A stretch of DNA of 64,000 bases, from assembly GCA_000092065.1 (NCBI GenBank), contig CP000585.1; one strand, written 5' to 3'. The stretch's first letter is position 1. Every line of letters starts with the position of its first letter. Under the pieces are notes generated by a model, which was not told the origin of the DNA, searched no databases, and saw only the letters and a list, made by a program, of their open reading frames with translations. Shown piece after piece: positions 57,171-64,000 of this stretch. This stretch comes from Ostreococcus lucimarinus. Lineage: Eukaryota. Made by a program: the position numbers and the translations under genes.

Positions 57171-59045
57171 TTAGCCGAGGTGTTCGCCTTTCGAATCGCG
57201 GCGCAATTTACGAATAGCGTTGGAAAATTTCTTGCGTACAGTTTTCCGGCTCGCGGCGTACAGTGCGCACGCGAGAAGCATGACGATGACGAGATTACGA
57301 GACTGCTGCGCGGAGTGCGCCGCAGCGTCCTCAGCGAGTTGAATCTTGGCTTCCGCTTCGCGAAGCTTCAGTTTGACGTCCTGGTCGACCTTTTCGGGTT
57401 CTTCGCCAGATTTTTGAGAAGTGGGTCGATTTGATCGCGTGAGTTGCGGCTTTTCGATCACTTTAGCCCCGTCTCGCTTCGCTTCCTCACGCGCCACTTC
57501 TGCAGCGTGCGGGCGCTCCTCCTCGACGTGCACCTTTTTTGCTTCGACGTGCACCTTTTCTTCTTCGACGTGTGTCTCTTCCTCGGTCTGTTTGCTCTTC
57601 ATCGCCTTGATGGGTTGTGCAGACGGCAGTGGCACATGAAGTATGTTGAGGGATTCTTCGCACGGTTTCGCCAACGATGCGGACGGCATGCTCTTGACGT
57701 CCCAGAGACAGGACGTGATCAATCCGTATCCACTCTGCACTCCTCCGCAATTTTCTTTGATATCCGCCTCGCACACGTCCTTGACTTTTTCTTCCGCGTG
57801 CCAGAACTCATACACTCGAGCTTGCGCAGCCTTATACTCTTGATGACACTCCTTCGTTATGATGCTCTTGCGCCCGCCCGGTTTTCCGAACTCCATGAAT
57901 GTTTCCAGCGCAACCTTCTCTTCAGACTTGATGACGTATTCGACGCAATCAAAATAACTTCTCGAAATTACTGGAATCTTTTTCATGAGGTGGTCGTACA
58001 TATCCTTCGCGTTTTGTTGCGGCGCGCGGTGTCGTCGACCGTTTCGATTACGGTAGCTCGTGCGTCCGCCACGATCGTCGTTCATGAACCAGTGATCTTC
58101 CTTCTGTTCGCCTGCTTCCAAGGCGCCACCTCTGAAGCCCAAATCCCCCGCCGCGTTGATCATCCTTTTTTTATCACCGTTCAGCTTTTGCAAGCGTTTT
58201 TGATACATGACATTGTCAGGCTCTTCTTTCAGCTTTGCCTCCACCGCGGCGATGTCGTTCTCGAGCTTCTCCGGATCGTTCGCGAGCGTGCCTTTGGGAA
58301 AGCTTTTCAGCGCATCAAACTTCATTTGTTCAGCCCTCTCTATGACTTCTTGTTTCGCTTGCGCTTCTGCTTCCTCTTTCTCTCGTTTCGCTTCTTCTTT
58401 TGACTCGCGCTCTGCGCGCCCTCTGTTCATTCTGTCGCTCAGCGATCCTCTGGAGCCTCGGCTCGGGCTCGCGCGCGAGCCGCCGCGTCGCGCCAAGAGC
58501 GATCTCGTCCCACCCACGGACCCGATCGACTCCATAGACGCCGCCGCAGCGTCAACGCTCGCTTCCTTCGCCTCCGCGCCCGTCATCGTTCGTTTCTTCT
58601 CCCTTCGCCGCGCCGCCTTCGCCGCCAACTCCTCCTCGTACCGCACCCTTCGCCACGCCTCCGCCGCCAGGTCCCTCGCCTGTCGCACGTGCGAGCACTG
58701 CTTCTTCAGCACCATCCCACACGCACCGTCCACCTCCAAATCATTCTGCGGGTGTCGCAGCGCGCGTTCAAGCGCCGTCTTCGTCTCCCACGCCTCGAGC
58801 GCGCGCTCCGCGCGCGTCCTCCTCGGCGTCTCGCCCCCCCCCCCCGTCATCGGTCGCGCCGCCCGCGCCGTTCCCGCGACGACGCCGCAGAGCGCGATCG
58901 CGACGATCGTCGCGATCGTTCGCGCCGACCCTCGATCGCCCCCTCGCGCGCGTCGTCTCGGCGCCGACGCTTCGCCGTCGTCCAATCGCGCCTTCGATGA
59001 TTTCCGACGCGCCGCGCGCGCGCCCGCGCGTCGTTCGAGCGCCAT
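57171..59045 (-). CDS. Type I membrane protein with Cys-rich lumenal repeats (possibly GLG1/Cys-rich FGF-receptor-like) and a C-terminal transmembrane anchor
   Basis: The start is at MALERRAGA, followed by a hydrophobic signal (IATIVAIALCGVVAGTA). The central region has paired-Cys repeats (YFDCVEYVIKSEEK...ECHQEYKAAQARVYEFW...DVCEADIKENCGG...ITSCLWD) and charged EEK repeats. The C-terminal TM helix is LVIVMLLACALYAA, with a short basic tail. Confidence 0.4.
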   Translation of the reverse strand: MALERRAGARAARRKSSKARLDDGEASAPRRRARGGDRGSARTIATIVAIALCGVVAGTARAARPMTGGGGETPRRTRAERALEAWETKTALERALRHPQNDLEVDGACGMVLKKQCSHVRQARDLAAEAWRRVRYEEELAAKAARRREKKRTMTGAEAKEASVDAAAASMESIGSVGGTRSLLARRGGSRASPSRGSRGSLSDRMNRGRAERESKEEAKREKEEAEAQAKQEVIERAEQMKFDALKSFPKGTLANDPEKLENDIAAVEAKLKEEPDNVMYQKRLQKLNGDKKRMINAAGDLGFRGGALEAGEQKEDHWFMNDDRGGRTSYRNRNGRRHRAPQQNAKDMYDHLMKKIPVISRSYFDCVEYVIKSEEKVALETFMEFGKPGGRKSIITKECHQEYKAAQARVYEFWHAEEKVKDVCEADIKENCGGVQSGYGLITSCLWDVKSMPSASLAKPCEESLNILHVPLPSAQPIKAMKSKQTEEETHVEEEKVHVEAKKVHVEEERPHAAEVAREEAKRDGAKVIEKPQLTRSNRPTSQKSGEEPEKVDQDVKLKLREAEAKIQLAEDAAAHSAQQSRNLVIVMLLACALYAASRKTVRKKFSNAIRKLRRDSKGEHLG

Positions 59046-59307
59046 CGCGCGTTCGCGCGCCGCGTCGATCGATGTCGCGCGCGCGCCGCGCTCGACGATC
59101 GGCAGCGCGTCGCGACGGCGCGCCGCGGCGTCGCGATGTCGCGCGTCGAGGCGTTGGCGCGATCGGCACGTCGCGCGGCATCGCGCGGCGCGCGCGTGGT
59201 TCGCGACGCGCGGACGCGGGACGGTGCGCGCGGTCGCCGCCGCGGGCGCGGGCGCCGGCGCGCTGACGCTCGCGCGCGCGCGGCTGGAGACGCGCGAGCG
59301 CGAAGCG

Positions 59308-60102
59308 ATGGAAAACATCGACGCGGTGGAGGTGGTGGAGACGCTGGCGCGCGCGTGCGCGGCGAGAGGTTTGGACGTCGTCGCGGCGTGCTCGGCGGCG
59401 GATTACGACGCGGCGGCGCCGGAGACGGCGAGGATCGGCGCGAGGGAAGACGGACGCGCGACGTCGCCGTTGGTCGCGTTGATTGGAAATTCGAAAGCGC
59501 TGTGGCCGGCGTTCGCGGACGCGTTGGCGAGGGATGGGACGATGACGCTGGATGAATATTGCGAACGCGTCGTTCGCGACGCCGCGGCGGACGCGATTGA
59601 GGTGGCGCGCGGATTTAAGCGACGTTCGGGGGAGGATTCGTCGAGTAGAGTGCGAATTTTTTGGGCGTCGGACGTCGAGGAAGGAAAGGTGATCGCCATT
59701 CAACGCTTGGCGCACGTCGCAAACTGCGCGTGGTTGGATGAGAACACGCATCAGTCGATTCATCCGCTGCACGGGCCGTGGTGCGCGTTTCGAGCGGCGG
59801 TGGTCTTTGACGACGTCGAAGAGCCGGACGAAGAGGACTTGCAGCCGAAGATAGAGAAGTGTCCGGTGAGCGATGAGACACTGGCGAACGCAAAGGCGGC
59901 GTTCGACGTCGCCGTTGAGCGATTCAACGCGACCGACGGGAAAGATCCCGAGCAGTGGCGGTTGTGGCTCGCCGCGCGAGACGCGATGGGTGGTGGTGCG
60001 TTTGCGAAAGAGCGATATTACGAGGATCAAATCCTTTGGCATTATGACGTCGATCGAGAGGGGGTGCGTAAAAGGCTGGCACGCGGCGTGAAAACGGTGT
60101 AG
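59308..60102 (+). CDS. MMACHC: MMACHC (cblC)-like cobalamin-processing protein (cyanocobalamin reductase/alkylcobalamin dealkylase family)
   Basis: The start is at MENIDAVEVVETL (human MEPKVAELKQKIEDTL). Aligned blocks: SPLVALIGNSKALWPAF; HVANCAWLDENTHQSIHPLHGPWCAFRAAVVFDDVEEP versus human HVAGAAYYYQ...[24 protein letters not shown]; and WRLWLAARDAMGGGAFAKERYYEDQILWHY versus human [24 protein letters not shown]. Confidence 0.7.
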   Translation: MENIDAVEVVETLARACAARGLDVVAACSAADYDAAAPETARIGAREDGRATSPLVALIGNSKALWPAFADALARDGTMTLDEYCERVVRDAAADAIEVARGFKRRSGEDSSSRVRIFWASDVEEGKVIAIQRLAHVANCAWLDENTHQSIHPLHGPWCAFRAAVVFDDVEEPDEEDLQPKIEKCPVSDETLANAKAAFDVAVERFNATDGKDPEQWRLWLAARDAMGGGAFAKERYYEDQILWHYDVDREGVRKRLARGVKTV

Positions 60103-60129
60103 AAAATGTGTTGTAAATTCTATTAAGAG

Positions 60130-61380
60130 CTATTGGAACTTTGGCAGCACCGAGCGCTGAAAATCTTCTTCCCAGAGCGCGCGGCGACCTTCCCACGCCT
60201 CACCGAGAGGCGGTGGATGAAACCAATAATTGAATGCAACGTGTCCTTCGCCTGCATCTCGGCTCGAGACGTCGTGGAACCATCCCGTGGGTAAGTACAG
60301 CGCTTCGCCAGCTTTCACGGTGAACTCCATCGCCGACGCGGTTTTGAAGAGAGGAAATTCATCGAGACGGTCGTAATCGATCCGGCTAAAACTCGGTGGG
60401 TCCTCTTCGTCATCATCGTCTTTTCGTTTTTCCTCTTCGGCCGAATCGTCGTCGGAAGGTTCTGGAGTTTGATTGAGTTCATCGTAATCATCGACGCCGT
60501 CAAAGTCGGCGAAATCGTCGTCGCTACTGCCGATCGCCGGTTCGTCTTCATCTTCGTCGCCGCGAGCCTTGCGCAATCTAAACTCCAACGCGGACTCCCC
60601 CGTGGCTAATGCCACATCGCCATCCTGAAGCGTGCTCGCGCCTTTGTAATTAATGAGCCCGTTCTCGTGCACCCAACATATCTTCCCAGTCGTGTACATG
60701 CGTCCAGCGTCGCGCGGAGAAAACACTTTGAAAGTCTTCTCGCCTCGCACCAACACGTACAAATTGTCGTGATAATCGTGATGCAGACCGCTCGACGTCG
60801 AGGTCGAATTCCTACCCATCCATAAATTCACATCCGCCGGCACGAGCGAGCGAGGCACTCCTTTCGGACGTAACGGCAGCTTCCCTTTGCTCGACTTCGC
60901 CGTCTCGCTCGCCAACAACCGTCCCGGCGCCGCAAACGGTTCCGCCTTCCCTCCCGCTGAGAGATACCATCCCCCGTCTCGCGCCTCGTACTTATCCATG
61001 AACGCATCGAACGTCATGGATTTATATTTTCCTCGTCCGAACCGTTCGTTCGCGCCTTCATCGCGCGATTCTACGCGCGACGTCGACGCGTCGCCGCCGC
61101 ACGCGTCCCGCAGAAAAGCGTTTGTCCACATGTTCGCCCCCGCGAGATCGCTCTCGTCGCTCAGGGCGTCCGTGAGGATCACCGGACGACGACCGAGGAC
61201 GTATTTCGTCTCGAACGCGTCGGCGTCGAGCGAGGCGTAGCGCACGCGATCGATCTGAGGTGGGTTTCCGTGGTCGGGGACGGCGCAGCCGGCGTACTGA
61301 TTGAGAAACGCTCGAAGCAGCGGATCGTCGCCGACGGCGATTTTGCGGCGTTTCGCGCCCGAGCGAGATTGGTGCGACAT
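60130..61380 (-). CDS. JmjC/cupin domain 2OG-Fe(II) oxygenase-like protein with an about 80-aa acidic insertion
   Basis: There is a true ATG at 61380. The JmjC core is NLWMGRNSTSTSSGLHHDYHDNLYVLVRGEKTFKVFSP (HxD/E). An acidic insert follows (EDEDEP...DDDSAEEEKRKDDDDEEDPP). The second core block is GEALYLPTGWFHDVSSRD...VAFNYWFHPP (distal His). Confidence 0.7.
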   Translation of the reverse strand: MSHQSRSGAKRRKIAVGDDPLLRAFLNQYAGCAVPDHGNPPQIDRVRYASLDADAFETKYVLGRRPVILTDALSDESDLAGANMWTNAFLRDACGGDASTSRVESRDEGANERFGRGKYKSMTFDAFMDKYEARDGGWYLSAGGKAEPFAAPGRLLASETAKSSKGKLPLRPKGVPRSLVPADVNLWMGRNSTSTSSGLHHDYHDNLYVLVRGEKTFKVFSPRDAGRMYTTGKICWVHENGLINYKGASTLQDGDVALATGESALEFRLRKARGDEDEDEPAIGSSDDDFADFDGVDDYDELNQTPEPSDDDSAEEEKRKDDDDEEDPPSFSRIDYDRLDEFPLFKTASAMEFTVKAGEALYLPTGWFHDVSSRDAGEGHVAFNYWFHPPPLGEAWEGRRALWEEDFQRSVLPKFQ

Positions 61381-61474
61381 CGCACGCGATGGCGTCGGCG
61401 GCGCGCGCGCCGACGCGCGGCGCGGTGAGCGAAGTGACGTCTATGAAGAATCAACTATAACAACTCGCTCTTCG

Positions 61475-63907
61475 CTACGCGACGAAGACTTCGTCGCCGA
61501 GGAGAGAACGTAAATACGACGCTTTCTCTTCAATGGTGAGCATGTCGCCCCAATCGGCGTAGGGAACGATGACGACACGCCAACCCCATGATTTTAAAAG
61601 ATTGTTGCGCATGACGGTTTGACCGAGCTCGCGAAGACGACCGGATGCGTCGCGGCTGTAGTGATGCGGACCGTCGACTTCAACGACGATTCGCGAGTTC
61701 GGGAATACGATATCAGAACGAATCTTGCCGCCCTCCACGAGCGCTTCAACCTCAAAATCTTGCGCGCCAATTTCGCGGAGTACTTCGCCGATGTGATGCT
61801 GAACTTTGCTAATCGTCGGATCTTGAGCCTTTGCGCGGAGCCAGGCACGCTCGCATTCGTCGGCGACGCCATCCGTGACGCCAAGGATGAGCTCTTCGAA
61901 CGGCTTTCCCATAGAAGTGAGACGCGCCATGTAGAGAGAGCATAGTTGCGCATCCTCCAAGTCTTCCGAACTCGTCAAAGCACCACCTTGAAGTTTGACG
62001 AGCGCGTGCAAGACACGCACGACACTGTCTCGCGCGTCTTCCAGTGAGCCGAGCAAAACGAGCGACCACAAAGCCAACACAAAGTTTTGCGGTTTGAACT
62101 GGGACGCAGAACCTCGAATCTCGTCTTCAATCCGCGCGAGTAAAGCATCATGAGGCTGTGCGCACAGCGTCGCGTGCGACCATAAAGTCATGCTTATCCT
62201 GTATGAGTCGAAGCGATCAAGCGTCTTCGCCGAGCTTACGCCGATGAAATCGAAAGTTTCGTCCGCGAGCATGTACCTAAGCCTCGCGAATACGCGCAAG
62301 AATTCGGTGAAATCTTGCGATTCAAACGCATGCGCCGATTTCATGAGCTTGTTTTCGAACTGTAACATCATCTGTGGTCCCGGATCGTAGTTACTACTCG
62401 CCAAAGCCGAGCAAACCATGAAGATTCCAACTGGTGTAAACTCTTCCAGTTTTTGCGAGACGCAAAACATGGCGTGCGTAAACACTCCGAGTCCTGCCAA
62501 GTTTAGCGTTCCAAATCCGTACAATAGGTTTGATAGATTTTTTGCGCTCGCTTCTTCGATTTTATCGATCGCTTCTTCCTCGAGCCGTCGAACAAACTCG
62601 TCACTGGGCCGATGCTCCAGGTGCGCGAACGCCCACATTACGTAGCTCAAATCGTCCATGTTGCACTTCGCGATGGAGGCCAGAAAGGTGTTCTCCAGAG
62701 CTACGATCGCGGATTTGAGCGCCGCTCGTGTTTGCGCACTCATTCGAAGATGCGAAAGCGGACTTCCGGTCTCGCAATTGTAGTGCGTCACCGTGACGTC
62801 GTCCGTGAACGTCGCAAACGATCCCGTGATCAAGGCAATTTGTTGTGGCTCCAATCGTTTGGCGCCGCTCGCTCGCCTCTCAACTACTTTGAATATCTCC
62901 ATCGCATCGTCGTCGTCCAGGTAGTAACCCGCGTTTGACAACCCCCAGAGAAACATCGCAAGTTCCGTGTTGTCGAATTCGTGCAGAATGGTGAAAGCAT
63001 TCGAGGCTAACTCTTTCAGGAAACCTTGAGTCCCCTGACGCACTCTCCGTCCGCTGATGCGCGCGTACGCCGAAGCGATGTTCGTAAGCTCTTGTGAACC
63101 ACACGATTGAAGTCGCATCTCGCGCTCGAATACATCTAGCATTTCCTCCGTCGGAATGTCTCCAAACTTCGTGAGCGCCCAAAACGTGATGCTCAATTCG
63201 AACGGTTTGTACGCACTCGCATTTTGCACAATGTGCTTTTCTATGGCGTTGCGAATGCCGTTCGGCATGCGCATCTCAAGCTTTGCGTACGCCCACGCGA
63301 CGTTACTCGCACCTTGTGGCTCGCATTTACTAATTTCTCTCTCAATAGCCCGCTCTAATTCATCCCAAAACGCATCTTCACCATGCAGATGTCGACCCCT
63401 ATCCAAGTACCCGCACGCCCACGCAATTTGCGCGACGGCGCGCGCCTTGGTTTCGCACTCCCCCAGCTTCTCCATCGCGCGCTCTTCGAGTTCGGCGAAC
63501 CATTCCGACCGCTTGATCTCTTCACTAACTTTCCCTCGTCCCCCTCGCGCGAACCTGGCCAATTTTCCGTACGTCGTCGCGACGTTTACCGCCGACATGT
63601 CCCGCGCGACGCGACGCGACGTCTCCGCCAACGCCTCCAACGTCTCACACGACATCAGCTCTTTATTCAACGCCACGCTCGGTCCGAACGCCGCTCGTCG
63701 CTCCTTCTTTCCCATTTTCTTCTTCTCCGCCGTCATCGGCGTCGCTCGCGTCGTCGGCGTCTCGCCTCGTCCCTCGTCCCGCGTCCCGCTCGACGTCTCA
63801 ACCGCCGCCGCGTCCGCGCCGCCGCTCGCGCGCGCGCGATCGGGCACGACCCGCCGCGCGCCGCGCCGCACGCGTCGCGTCACCGCGCGTCCGCGTCCAC
63901 CGTCCAT
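61475..63907 (-). CDS. RAP-domain protein with FAST-kinase-like/OPR-type helical repeats (organellar RNA-binding protein family)
   Basis: The C-terminal RAP domain is KVQHHIGEVLREIGAQDFEVEALVEGGKIRSDIVFPNSRIVVEVDGPHHYSRDASGRLRELGQTVMRNNLLKSWGWRVVIVPYADW. Upstream are repeated helical hairpins (...NVAWAYAKLE..., ...ITFWALTKF..., ...ASAYARIS..., ...FLWGLSNAG..., ...LSYVMWAFAHLE..., ...TLWSHATL..., ...VLALWSLVLLG...) typical of FASTK/OPR proteins. The start codon is uncertain (63907 or an internal ATG near 63736). Confidence 0.65.
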   Translation of the reverse strand: MDGGRGRAVTRRVRRGARRVVPDRARASGGADAAAVETSSGTRDEGRGETPTTRATPMTAEKKKMGKKERRAAFGPSVALNKELMSCETLEALAETSRRVARDMSAVNVATTYGKLARFARGGRGKVSEEIKRSEWFAELEERAMEKLGECETKARAVAQIAWACGYLDRGRHLHGEDAFWDELERAIEREISKCEPQGASNVAWAYAKLEMRMPNGIRNAIEKHIVQNASAYKPFELSITFWALTKFGDIPTEEMLDVFEREMRLQSCGSQELTNIASAYARISGRRVRQGTQGFLKELASNAFTILHEFDNTELAMFLWGLSNAGYYLDDDDAMEIFKVVERRASGAKRLEPQQIALITGSFATFTDDVTVTHYNCETGSPLSHLRMSAQTRAALKSAIVALENTFLASIAKCNMDDLSYVMWAFAHLEHRPSDEFVRRLEEEAIDKIEEASAKNLSNLLYGFGTLNLAGLGVFTHAMFCVSQKLEEFTPVGIFMVCSALASSNYDPGPQMMLQFENKLMKSAHAFESQDFTEFLRVFARLRYMLADETFDFIGVSSAKTLDRFDSYRISMTLWSHATLCAQPHDALLARIEDEIRGSASQFKPQNFVLALWSLVLLGSLEDARDSVVRVLHALVKLQGGALTSSEDLEDAQLCSLYMARLTSMGKPFEELILGVTDGVADECERAWLRAKAQDPTISKVQHHIGEVLREIGAQDFEVEALVEGGKIRSDIVFPNSRIVVEVDGPHHYSRDASGRLRELGQTVMRNNLLKSWGWRVVIVPYADWGDMLTIEEKASYLRSLLGDEVFVA

Positions 63908-64000
63908 CGCCGCGCGCGCGCGCGCATCGCGCCCGTCGTCGTCGTCGCCGTCGCCGTCCTCGTCCTCGCGCGCGCGTCGTCCCGCCGCGTCCGCGCCGCC

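Overview
This window is nuclear DNA from a very GC-rich (about 65%), gene-dense eukaryote. From the sequence alone it is most likely a prasinophyte green alga (Mamiellophyceae, Micromonas- or Ostreococcus-like). Supporting evidence is a near-identical match to green-algal centrin, plant-type topoisomerase VI subunit B, a 20S proteasome beta-4/β7 subunit, Maf1 with a demonstrable GT-AG intron, many nuclear genes for bacterial-type organellar proteins, and roughly one gene per 1.4 kb with almost no introns.

I call about 45 protein-coding genes on both strands. Several are organelle- or translation-related: La protein, organellar ribosomal protein S15, Iojap/RsfS, LipB octanoyltransferase, cysteine synthase, pyruvate-dehydrogenase E2, a DEAD-box helicase, and three tRNA position-37 modification enzymes (TsaA/TRMO-like, Qri7/OSGEPL1-like, TRM5). 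The rest are mostly metabolic and regulatory proteins (PP2C, a SET-domain methyltransferase, a JmjC protein, MMACHC, a GH31 glycosidase, a receptor-like kinase) plus a few hypothetical proteins. I found no rRNA or tRNA genes, no CRISPR array and nothing prokaryotic.

The most notable observations are:
- a 5 kb gene for a predicted SUN-domain nuclear-envelope protein whose coiled-coil rod is built from two families of nucleotide-identical tandem repeats (4 x 345 bp and about 4 x 408 bp);
- a 40-bp minisatellite of about 10 copies, each carrying a canonical TATAAAG box, inside a bidirectional promoter;
- an unusual TPR + J-domain + GlcNAc-transferase-like fusion protein that sits directly upstream of two paralogous PhyH-type 2OG-dioxygenases, a possible hydroxylation/glycosylation module with an O-GlcNAc-transferase-like architecture built from a different GT family;
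- a tandem pair of membrane kinase genes, one with a PI3/PI4-kinase-like catalytic motif in a predicted lumenal or extracellular domain;
- recurrent (GAC)n microsatellites at gene 5' ends.

The supplied ORF track uses non-ATG starts (TTG/GTG/CTG) and includes many spurious antisense ORFs typical of high-GC DNA. I re-derived start codons by counting residues from the ORF ends, so coordinates may be off by a few nucleotides. Family assignments come from recognising motifs by eye, not from database searches.
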